Part shown: positions 35,683-43,819 of the stretch, in pieces | How the letters are laid out: each line of letters starts with the position of its first letter | Position numbering within the stretch: the first letter of the stretch is position 1 | NCBI GenBank assembly: GCA_903910645.1 | Contig: CAIWAD010000040.1 | Coordinates: 14,768 to 78,767 of the forward strand | DNA length: 64,000 bases | Reading direction: 5' to 3' | Source: an uncultured bacterium | GTDB taxonomy: Bacteria; CAIWAD01 | The notes under the pieces: model-generated | Seen by the model: the letters and a program-made list of their open reading frames with translations, nothing else | What the model was told of the DNA's origin: nothing | Database searches by the model: none | Position numbers and translations under genes: made by a program

Positions 35683-38612
35683 CACGGCGTGGTGGCCGCC
35701 TGCTCTTCCGTGGCGGCGGGCAAGGGCTTGCCGGCGGCCAAGGCCCGCAAGCGCGCCAGTTTGTCCAGGGCGCCGGGATCGTTGGGGCTAAGTTTCAACC
35801 ACGCCTCCACGCTTCGGATGGCGGCGGCGTAATCGCCCTGGGCCTCCAGCACGCGGATCAAGCCACCCACCGCCTCGGGCTGGTCAGGCTGGAATTTCAG
35901 CACGGCCTCGTAGCGTGCCCGCGCGGCGGCCATGGCCTCCTTGTTCTCCTTGCCCAGGCTTTCCAGCACTGCGGCCGTCTGCAAACGCACCTGCTGGCTG
36001 GCATCCTCGGACGCCAAGCTGTCCAACACGGCCAGACCCCGCTTCAAGTCTCCCAGGGGGCTAATCCAGTAGCTGCCCAGGTAGAACCGCTCCTCCTGGC
36101 TCAGCTTGGCGGGGTCCTGGATTTCCAGGCGGCTGCGCAGGGCCTTGGCATCGCCCAAACGCTCGAACAGCAGGCCCAACTGCATGGTAAGCATGGGGCT
36201 GACGCTGGGCACCACCGTTTCGGGCAGAGCCTTGTCCATGCGGCTCAAGGTTTTCAGCGCCAGGGCCCGCTGCTTGTTGGCGTCCAGCTCCATGGCTTGC
36301 TGGATGAAGGCGCTGCGGTAATTCTGCACCAGCTTCTGGATGTTGTCGTCGTAGTAGACGCCGGAATCGTCCAGGCCACGCAGGTTCTTTTCCATGATAT
36401 CCAGCTTGGCGCCCAGCACGTCCGTGTCCACCGCATTTTCCCGCTGGGGCCGGTCCATGACGCGGTAGGCCAGGCCGTCCATGCGCAAGTTCCTGTCCAG
36501 GCCCACAAAATTGTCCCGGGAGGTGGTGACGGCAAAGTAAATGGGGCGCTTCCAGTTGTTGGCGCGCACAATCTCCAGGATCATGCGGTCCTGCACGCGC
36601 AGGAAATTGCGCTCGTTGCTGCCGTCGCCCAATGGAACGGCCATCACCGGCGGCACCTGGATGAGATAGGACTGGCCATCCGCCGTGCGCATGGGTATGC
36701 TGAAGGGCGGCAGCTCCGTGCCGGTCCACAGATCCGCACCCCAGTAGCGCCACTGGAAGGCCGGGTCCCCCGTGCCGTCAATGGATTCGGCAATCATGGT
36801 GTCGGTGAACTCCGCCGCCAAGGGCACGGTGGGGGCCTCGTCACGCAACTGCTTCACATACCAGCCGGTGTTGAGCAGGCTAAGGTTCACCACGCGCACA
36901 TCCGTGCGGAAGCCTTCCACAATCTGCAGGTACCACAAGGGGAAGGTGTCGTTGTCCCCATTGGTGAACAGAATGGCGCCTTCCTCCAGCGTGGCCAGGG
37001 CATTGCGGGCATAATCCTGGGCCACGAAGTTGCCGCTGCGGTCATGCACGAAGTAGTTGGCACGGGTCATGTGAAGGGGCAGCAGGGCGAAGAGGGCAAT
37101 GGCCGCCAGGATCTGCACCGGCGTGGCCCACTTGCGGGCCGCTTTTCCCAGATCCTGGATAAGCACCCAGGCTCCCAGTCCAATCCACAGCGCGAAGGCG
37201 TAGTAGGATCCCACATACGCGTAGTCCCGCTCGCGGGGCTGGGGATTTTCCTGATTCAGGTAGACGACAATGGCCAAGCCCGTGAGCAGGAAAAGGTTGG
37301 CCACGGTGAAAGCGCGCTTCCAGTCCTTTGCCACCTGGGCACCCAGACCCCACAGGCCCACCAGCAAAGGCAGACCGAGGAGCTGCAGGTTCCACGCCCC
37401 CGACGCCATGTCCCGCCCAATGAAATTCCAGTTGAAGTAGCGCACATACATGTGGCCAATCTGCCAGCCCAGGAAGTCCGCCTTGCGGCTCAGGAGCTGG
37501 GTGACGATGGACTCCGTGCCGTACTGCTCGCGGCTCAGGTAGGAGATGAGAGCGCTCAGGGTCTGGGGGTCGTTTTCATCCAGGGGCGGATTCAGGCCGC
37601 TGCGCAGGAAGATCAGCACATAGCTGAGATAGCCCAGCATGGCCAGAAGCAGACCGGCGCTGGCCAGGGCCAGGGGACGGTTGCCCTTGTTGCGCCCCAC
37701 GAAATGCAGCGCGGCCAGAACTCCCAACAGAGCCAGCAGGCCCACCAGAGCCGACCAATGCCCGCCCACGCTTTCCAGCCACTTGATGAACTTGGGCAGC
37801 CACAACACAATGCCGGGATAGAAGGGCAGAATGCTCAAGGTGCCCAGTCCCCAATAGAGCAGGAAATGCTCGAAGCGGAAGGGCTTGCCCTCCTGCCAGT
37901 GGAAATACACAACCAGGAAGACCATGGGCAGGGCCAGCACATTCAGCAAGTGCACGCCAATGGCCAGTCCAATGATGTAGAAGATGAGCAGCAGGATGCG
38001 GTCGCCATCGTGCTGTTGGCGCAGTTCGAACTGGTGCCATACGAAGGCCAGCCACACCACCAAGGCCGTGAAGAGCATGCTGATGGCGTAGACTTCCGCC
38101 TCCACCGCGTTGAACCAGAAGGTGTCCGTGGCCATGAAGGCCAGGGCGCCAATGGCCGCGCCGGCCAGCTCCTGCCAGCCCATGCTTTCCCTCGGCTTCC
38201 AGTAGCGGATCAAGTGCACGGTGGTGAGATAGAGCAGAAGCACGGTCAAAGCGCTGGTAAGCACGCTGATGAAGTTCACCCGGGCGCCAATGTCCTCGAA
38301 GAGAGGCACCATGGTGAAGAGCCGGCCCAGCATGAGGAAGAAGGGCGCGCCCGGCGGATGGGGCACGGACAAGCTGTAGGAGCTGGCGATGAACTCGCCG
38401 CAATCCCAAAAGCTGGTGGTGGGCGCCATGGTCATGAAATACAGGGTCAAGGACGACAGGAACACCAGCGTGGCCGTGATTCCATGCCACAAGCCGAAGT
38501 TGAAGGCGTTCGCTTCAATTCCCTGAACATTCTGTTGCGGCATGAAGGAGACCTTTTCCTGCGTGCGCAGGGCCGGATCCTTTTTCTGGGCAATGCGATC
38601 GGGGGATGACAT
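35682..38612 (-). CDS. Large membrane protein of the DUF2723 / GT-C-like family with C-terminal TPR repeats (976 aa)
   Basis: ...TSFWDCGEFIASSYSLSVPHPPGAPFFLMLGRLF... characteristic DUF2723 N-terminal motif; more than 12 TM helices; TPR tail; alternative ATG at 38543. Confidence 0.65.
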   Translation of the reverse strand: MSSPDRIAQKKDPALRTQEKVSFMPQQNVQGIEANAFNFGLWHGITATLVFLSSLTLYFMTMAPTTSFWDCGEFIASSYSLSVPHPPGAPFFLMLGRLFTMVPLFEDIGARVNFISVLTSALTVLLLYLTTVHLIRYWKPRESMGWQELAGAAIGALAFMATDTFWFNAVEAEVYAISMLFTALVVWLAFVWHQFELRQQHDGDRILLLIFYIIGLAIGVHLLNVLALPMVFLVVYFHWQEGKPFRFEHFLLYWGLGTLSILPFYPGIVLWLPKFIKWLESVGGHWSALVGLLALLGVLAALHFVGRNKGNRPLALASAGLLLAMLGYLSYVLIFLRSGLNPPLDENDPQTLSALISYLSREQYGTESIVTQLLSRKADFLGWQIGHMYVRYFNWNFIGRDMASGAWNLQLLGLPLLVGLWGLGAQVAKDWKRAFTVANLFLLTGLAIVVYLNQENPQPRERDYAYVGSYYAFALWIGLGAWVLIQDLGKAARKWATPVQILAAIALFALLPLHMTRANYFVHDRSGNFVAQDYARNALATLEEGAILFTNGDNDTFPLWYLQIVEGFRTDVRVVNLSLLNTGWYVKQLRDEAPTVPLAAEFTDTMIAESIDGTGDPAFQWRYWGADLWTGTELPPFSIPMRTADGQSYLIQVPPVMAVPLGDGSNERNFLRVQDRMILEIVRANNWKRPIYFAVTTSRDNFVGLDRNLRMDGLAYRVMDRPQRENAVDTDVLGAKLDIMEKNLRGLDDSGVYYDDNIQKLVQNYRSAFIQQAMELDANKQRALALKTLSRMDKALPETVVPSVSPMLTMQLGLLFERLGDAKALRSRLEIQDPAKLSQEERFYLGSYWISPLGDLKRGLAVLDSLASEDASQQVRLQTAAVLESLGKENKEAMAAARARYEAVLKFQPDQPEAVGGLIRVLEAQGDYAAAIRSVEAWLKLSPNDPGALDKLARLRALAAGKPLPAATEEQAATTP

Positions 38613-39024
38613 CCCACTCCCGAATTTGATGGTGATCGGCCTGTCAGATATTCGTCAAGAGTGACATTCCAGTGGGATCGCGTCCTGATCGTTCTGCATG
38701 GGGGCCGTTCACCAGGCACATGTGCGGCATGCGCAGGCGAAGGCCCAGCCAGCTGACCCGATTGGACTTGAAGACCGCAAGGAAACGAGCATCAAGGGAC
38801 TGCGGGTCAAAATAGGAATTCAACAACGCCTTCACTTGACTTATTTCCGTACAAGACGCAAATGTGAAGCCCCCATTGCCGGGGGCTCCACTACTGCCAC
38901 ACTAATCTGATGCAAGATGCCCATGGTGGGGACCGGATGGGGGTGGGCAGGGCTCCCCTTCGATGGAAGGAAGAAGCCACCGCCGCGCCTCCGCCCCCAT
39001 CGTCCAGGGACAGAATGCGGGCCC

Positions 39025-39047
39025 AGCGTTAACGGGAGCGTTAACGG
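39025..39047. promoter_or_regulatory. Tandem direct repeat AGCGTTAACGG-G-AGCGTTAACGG (each copy contains the palindrome CGTTAACG), a candidate transcription-factor binding site
   Basis: Seen in the 620-bp intergenic region that should hold the promoter of the DUF2723-GT2 gene array. Confidence 0.3.
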
Positions 39048-39184
39048 TTCCCCACTCTTGCGGAAAATCTGCGCCTTTTGCGGTTCGAAAGCCAATGAAG
39101 CTTGAGCCTTGCAAGGGTTTGGCGCCTTTGAAGAGGCCAAGATCCTGGTGCTTTCCCCATGCAGGACTGGCTTCCTGGCTGGGG

Positions 39185-39237
39185 TCAGTCCCGAATTCCG
39201 AATGAGAAAGTGCCGCTTTCGGGACATGACCAGGTCC
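39185..39237 (+). repeat. Dispersed structured intergenic repeat, copy F (3' module only: GTGCCGCTTTCGGGACATGACCAGGTCC)
   Basis: It abuts the ybgF stop codon. Confidence 0.45.
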
Positions 39238-39240
39238 ACA

Positions 39241-40011
39241 TCAAGAGCCCAGTTCCGCCAGGCGTTCCTTCGCCATTTCGGCCTCTGGGCGCTGGGGCCA
39301 CCGACTGCGAATGGTTTCCAGCAGACTGCGCGCCTGCTCCTTCTTCCCCTTGCCAGCCAGGATCATCGCCCGGCGCAGCATGGAGGCGGGCACCTGGGCA
39401 TGCTCCGGATGCTGCTTCTCAAAGGCCTGATACTGGATGAGTGCCGAGTCCGGCTGCTGTTCGCTTAGCCAGGTGTCACCCATCCAATAGCGGCAAAAGG
39501 CCGTCATTTCACCCTTGGGAAAGCGCGTCAGGTACTCGCGATAACCGGCCCGGGCCAATTGGGGCAGGCCGCGCACGCGATCCAGGCTGGCCTGGTTGTA
39601 AAGCCAGGAAGGATCCGCCTGGGCCAGGCTGTCCCGCTCCTGGCGCAAGCCCTGGCGGGCCAGAATCAGGTTCAGCTCATCCACTTTCTGGGCCAGACGC
39701 CGATTGTAGGTTTGGGCATCCTCCAGCGTGCTGCGCACTTCGGTGATCAGGCCGCGCAGGTCTTCCGTGCCTTGAAGCTGATCGGCCTTCAGGACGCGCA
39801 GCACGGTCTCCGTGTCGCGGAAGCGCTCCTTCAAGTATTCCACCCGGCCAATCAGCAGGCTGTCCTGATCACTCTGACGCAACTGGACAGCCTCCACCGT
39901 GCCACGGATGCTGGCCAGCTCCTCCTGGAAGCCCAGGATCTCCCGGCGGCTGGCACATCCGCCCACCAGCAGGGCGCCGGCAAGACTTGCGCGGATGACG
40001 AGGGATTTCAT
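39241..40011 (-). CDS. ybgF: Tol-Pal system protein YbgF/CpoB-like (lipoprotein, coiled-coil plus TPR)
   Basis: MKSLVIRASLAGALLVGGCAS lipobox; long coiled-coil then TPR; AAGGAG RBS; last gene of the tol-pal array. Confidence 0.65.
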   Translation of the reverse strand: MKSLVIRASLAGALLVGGCASRREILGFQEELASIRGTVEAVQLRQSDQDSLLIGRVEYLKERFRDTETVLRVLKADQLQGTEDLRGLITEVRSTLEDAQTYNRRLAQKVDELNLILARQGLRQERDSLAQADPSWLYNQASLDRVRGLPQLARAGYREYLTRFPKGEMTAFCRYWMGDTWLSEQQPDSALIQYQAFEKQHPEHAQVPASMLRRAMILAGKGKKEQARSLLETIRSRWPQRPEAEMAKERLAELGS

Positions 40012-40053
40012 GCACATCTCCTTGGAAAGCCCACCTGGGAATGCTCCCAGGGC

Positions 40054-41391
40054 CTACTCCACTTTCACCGGCTCCCAACTGGGGTTCTCACCACCGCCGC
40101 GGCTGATCTGCCGGCGACCGGTGCCATCCGCCATCATCACCCATACTTCATTTTTCCAGGTATAGGCCAGATGCTGACCGTCCGGTGACCAGCGCGGATC
40201 GAAGTGATTGCCCACCTCATCCGTCAGACGCACCCAGTCGCTGCCGTCCGGGCGCATTTGGAAAATCTGCCAGCCGTTGCGCTCCCGGCTGATGAAGGCG
40301 ATCCATTCCCCGTCCGGTGACCAGCTGGGGCAGTCGCTGCCCGTGCCCACAAAACTGATGCGTTGTTCGTCCATGCCGTCCACCATCACGGTGTAGAGCT
40401 GCAGGCTGCCACTGCGGTCGCTGCTGAACACCAGATGGCGGCCGTCCGGGGCCCAGGACGGATTGGTGTCGATGGCCTGATGCCGGGTCAGGCGGCGCGG
40501 TTCGCCCGTGCGGCGCCCGGTGGCGGGATCCATGGGGATGAGGTACAGGTCGGTGTTGGCGTTCACGGTGGCGGCGCAGGCCAGCCAGCGGCCATCGGGG
40601 GACCAGGCGGGGGCGGCTTCCGATTCCCGGCCGCCCAGCACCAGTTCCGCTTCGCCACCCGCCACCGGGCCGCTCCAGATGTCGGCGCCCCGCTCTGGAT
40701 GCACCTGGGTCCAGGCGTAGAAGCGTCCGTTGGGGCTCCAGGCGGGCATCACGCGGGTTTTGCCGCCACGACTGAGCACCAGGCGGTCTTCACCAAAGAA
40801 ATCCGCCAGCACCAGTTGGGTGCCCCCCTTGTCCGGCTGCACATAGAGCAGACGCGAGGCGAAGGGCGCCTTGTAGCCGGTAAGTAGCAGCAGAATCTCC
40901 TGGGCCATGTCCAGGGCGCGCTGTTCGGCATCGGCGCCCAGGGGCAGACTCCAGTCCGCCACCGGATCTCCGCCACTCACATTCACCAGGGCCAGGTCCA
41001 GGCGCGCGCCCTTGTCCTTCACCCTCTCCTCCAGACGCACCAGGCTGGCGGCTTCCGAGGAACTGAGCTGTTCGGCCTTGGGCTGGCCTTCCCACAATTT
41101 CAGCGTGCCCGCCAGAGCCAGTGCTTCGCGCAGGCGGTTCTCGAAGGTCTGCAAAGGAACAGAGCCCTGCAGGGCCGGCGCCAGCACAAGGCCGGGGCGA
41201 TAGTAACTGAGAGTGCGCGCCTCCAGCTTCACTTCCGGCACGGCGCCGGGCGGGAAGAAGCCGCCCTCGGGCACCTTGTCCTCGGCCCTTGCATCCCACG
41301 CGGACACAAGCACCAACAGGAAGAGCAGGACACAAAGCGTGGGAAGCGCATGTCCGGCGCTTGCCCGGCGGGGGGGATTACTCGTCCACAA
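40054..41391 (-). CDS. tolB: Tol-Pal system beta-propeller protein TolB
   Basis: Repeated WSPDG...L.F beta-propeller blades (WSPDGRWLA, WAPDGRHLVF, WSPDGEWIAF, WSPDGQHLAY); the start appears to be TTG at 41391. Confidence 0.85.
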   Translation of the reverse strand: MWTSNPPRRASAGHALPTLCVLLFLLVLVSAWDARAEDKVPEGGFFPPGAVPEVKLEARTLSYYRPGLVLAPALQGSVPLQTFENRLREALALAGTLKLWEGQPKAEQLSSSEAASLVRLEERVKDKGARLDLALVNVSGGDPVADWSLPLGADAEQRALDMAQEILLLLTGYKAPFASRLLYVQPDKGGTQLVLADFFGEDRLVLSRGGKTRVMPAWSPNGRFYAWTQVHPERGADIWSGPVAGGEAELVLGGRESEAAPAWSPDGRWLACAATVNANTDLYLIPMDPATGRRTGEPRRLTRHQAIDTNPSWAPDGRHLVFSSDRSGSLQLYTVMVDGMDEQRISFVGTGSDCPSWSPDGEWIAFISRERNGWQIFQMRPDGSDWVRLTDEVGNHFDPRWSPDGQHLAYTWKNEVWVMMADGTGRRQISRGGGENPSWEPVKVE

Positions 41392-42112
41392 AGGTGAAAG
41401 TCACTCCGATTTTGTCATAGGGGAAGGCTGGCGGCAAGGGCGGCAACTGGGCGCGCATCAGGGCGCTGCGCCCGGCCAGATCCAGGCCCGGCAAGCCCGA
41501 TTCCACCACTTGCTCCAGATCCTCGACATGTCCCGCGCGGTCAATGATGAAATGAAAGACCGCGCGCTTGCCACTGGAGCGGGCTGGGTACTTGAAGGCC
41601 CGCTGGATGCCGTTTTCCACCCGTGTCAGGTACTGGCTCATGCCTGGCGCGTCGGGCTGATCGGACAAGGCGCCAGTGCGGCTGCTGCCTTGCCCACGGG
41701 GTCCGGCGCCCGTGTCCCGCGTCCTGCCCTGGCGTCCATCGGTGGGCAGGGCCTGCTCAGACTCCCGGGTAGGGGTCCTGGGTTCCCGTGCAGGCGCTTT
41801 TTGTGGGGCGGCAGCTGTGGACGGCGTGCGCGCCAGGGTGGGTTCCTTGCGCGCCGGAGCAGGCGCCTCCTCCACCACGGCTTCGGTCTCGGGTTCCGGC
41901 TTGGCGGGTTGGGGATCCGGACTCATGTCCTCGGAGACCCAGCCGGCCTTGCCCTGGCCGCCACCCGCCAGGCGCACCATGCGGATCTGGTAGGCCTGCT
42001 CCTGCTTCCAGCGTGGCCCGCCCCACCACAACAAGGCCAGCAGAATGCCGTGAAGGGCAAGGGAGAAGAGCAGGAAGCGGCCCTGGAAGACGCCGCCGGA
42101 GGATGAGCTCAT
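41378..42112 (-). CDS. tolA: TolA/TonB-family energy-transducer protein
   Basis: N-terminal TM anchor, Pro/Ala/Glu-rich linker, C-terminal TonB/TolA-like domain (...RVENGIQRAFKYPA...GVTFTFVDE). Confidence 0.65.
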   Translation of the reverse strand: MSSSSGGVFQGRFLLFSLALHGILLALLWWGGPRWKQEQAYQIRMVRLAGGGQGKAGWVSEDMSPDPQPAKPEPETEAVVEEAPAPARKEPTLARTPSTAAAPQKAPAREPRTPTRESEQALPTDGRQGRTRDTGAGPRGQGSSRTGALSDQPDAPGMSQYLTRVENGIQRAFKYPARSSGKRAVFHFIIDRAGHVEDLEQVVESGLPGLDLAGRSALMRAQLPPLPPAFPYDKIGVTFTFVDE

Positions 42113-42546
42113 GGACGGGCGTCGGGGGAGGGGGGCTCGGTCATGAGGCCCACATCCTCGAAACCCGCCTCCCGGATGCGATCCAGCAGGGCCACCACCT
42201 CGCCATAGGCCACTCGTTCGTCGGCGGCCAGGAAAATGGGTGTGCGCCGGGCGGCCGTGCTGTCGCCACCTTGCAGGGGCAGGGCCTGGGCCAGCAGTCG
42301 CTCGCCCAGTTCCTGCGCCCGCACGGGATCGCGACCCAGCACCAGCTGGCCGTCACGCCGCAATTCCACGGTAATGCCCGTGTCGCCCCGGCGACTGCCG
42401 CTTTCGGATTGGGGCAAACCCACTTCCAGCGCCGTTTTGAGCACGGGCGCGGTGATCATGAAAATCACCAGCAACACCAGGAAAACGTCCACCAGGGGAG
42501 TGACGTTGATCTCGGACAGGGGGCCCCGGTCGGGCGCGGCCTTCAT
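42109..42546 (-). CDS. tolR: TolR/ExbD biopolymer transport protein
   Basis: MKAAPDRGPLSEINVTPLVDVFLVLLVIFMITAP...; the ATG at 42544-42546 overlaps the tolQ stop (ATGA); the ORF-track upstream extension is rejected. Confidence 0.8.
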   Translation of the reverse strand: MKAAPDRGPLSEINVTPLVDVFLVLLVIFMITAPVLKTALEVGLPQSESGSRRGDTGITVELRRDGQLVLGRDPVRAQELGERLLAQALPLQGGDSTAARRTPIFLAADERVAYGEVVALLDRIREAGFEDVGLMTEPPSPDARP

Positions 42547-43211
42547 GCCGGTCCCACCTCCCGCACCAGGGCGGTCACGAGCTCTTTCAGGGATTCGCAG
42601 CGCTCCCGCAGGCGGCGGGAAGAGGCCAGGAAGTAGTTGTAGGCAATGGTGGCGGGAATGGCCGTGGCCAAGCCCACCACTGTGGCGATGAGGGCTTCGG
42701 CGATGCCCGGCCCCACCACTTCCAGCATGGCCTGGCCCTGCTGATTGCCAATGCGCAGGAAGGCCACCATGACGCCCCACACCGTGCCCATCAGGCCAAT
42801 GAAGGGGCTGGAGCTGCTCACCGTGGCCAACAGGCTTAAGTGACGATCCGCTTCCGCCATGGTCTTGCGCTCGGCGGTGGACAACACGCCTTCCCACACG
42901 GCGGCGGGAGGCAGGGGACGGCCACTGGGCGGACCGCCCTGGGGGACATGCGGCAGCAGGCGGCGAACCGCCTGCTGCAGCATGCGGGCGCTGGGCGCCC
43001 CTTTGTGATGCTCGGCCAATCGCACCAGATCGGGCAAGCCCCGCACCTGGTCGGCGCCTTCCTCAAAGGCCGTCTCGGCCTCCTTGGAGCGCCGGAAATA
43101 CCGGATGCGATCCAGGATGGCCGTCCAGCTGAGCACGGAGAGCAGCACCAGGATCAACAGCACGGCCTTGGAAAAGAGCGATGCGTGAGCGACAAAGCCC
43201 CAAAGACTCAT
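42543..43211 (-). CDS. tolQ: TolQ/ExbB/MotA-family proton channel
   Basis: MSLWGFVAHASLFSKAVLLILVLLS...SPFIGLMGTVWGVMVAF... Confidence 0.85.
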   Translation of the reverse strand: MSLWGFVAHASLFSKAVLLILVLLSVLSWTAILDRIRYFRRSKEAETAFEEGADQVRGLPDLVRLAEHHKGAPSARMLQQAVRRLLPHVPQGGPPSGRPLPPAAVWEGVLSTAERKTMAEADRHLSLLATVSSSSPFIGLMGTVWGVMVAFLRIGNQQGQAMLEVVGPGIAEALIATVVGLATAIPATIAYNYFLASSRRLRERCESLKELVTALVREVGPA

Positions 43212-43819
43212 GGATTAAGGGCCTTGAACTCGCAGCGGCGATTCTTGGACCAGGCGGACTCGTCATGGCCGGCGTCCACAGGCTGGGACTTGCCGAAGGA
43301 GATGGTCTCGAAACGGGCTTCGTCCAGGCCCAGGTTCACGAAATATCCCTTCACGGCATTGGCGCGCTTGTCGCCCAGGGCCAGGTTGTAGGCCACGCTG
43401 CCATTCTCATCGCAATGGCCTTCCAGCTTCACGCGCAGATCGCCATAAGTGCGCAGCAGGTCCCCGTGGGAGGCCAGCGTGGCGCGGGTGTCCTCGCGCA
43501 GCTCGAAGCGGTCGAAATCGAAATAGACAGCACCCAGGCTGCCAACGGCATTGGCGCGTGCCAAACGGACCTGCTCCTCGGCCTGGGCCTTGGCGCGCTC
43601 GGCGGCGGCCAGGCGCTCGGCCTCGGCGGCGGCGGCGGCACGCTGGGCCTCAAGACGGGCAGCCTCATCGGCGGCAGCCTTGGCGGCGGCATCGTCCACC
43701 TGCTCCGACTGGGTCAGCTGCTGCTCGGCAGCGGGATCCACCTTCTTCTTGCATGCCGTGCTGCCCAGTCCGGCGGCCACCACCAGGGCGACCAACAGGG
43801 CGGTACGCAGAGTGTTCAT
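43208..43819 (-). CDS. pal: Peptidoglycan-associated lipoprotein (OmpA-family C-terminal domain)
   Basis: Lipobox LGSTAC; Ala/Glu-rich linker; OmpA-like domain (VYFDFDRFELREDTRATL...LEGHCDENGSVAYNLALGDKRANAV). Confidence 0.8.
   Translation of the reverse strand: MNTLRTALLVALVVAAGLGSTACKKKVDPAAEQQLTQSEQVDDAAAKAAADEAARLEAQRAAAAAEAERLAAAERAKAQAEEQVRLARANAVGSLGAVYFDFDRFELREDTRATLASHGDLLRTYGDLRVKLEGHCDENGSVAYNLALGDKRANAVKGYFVNLGLDEARFETISFGKSQPVDAGHDESAWSKNRRCEFKALNP

Noticed and set aside
39060-39100. tRNA-like T-arm motif GGTTCGAAAGCC
   Set aside because: The flanking sequence cannot form acceptor, D or anticodon stems, and there is no 3' CCA context. It is a chance match to the T-psi-C consensus.
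38841-39239. 132-aa minus-strand ORF in the 620-bp intergenic region
   Set aside because: The composition differs from local genes, there is no RBS, and the ORF is built largely from the partial repeat copy and regulatory motifs. It is more likely non-coding.
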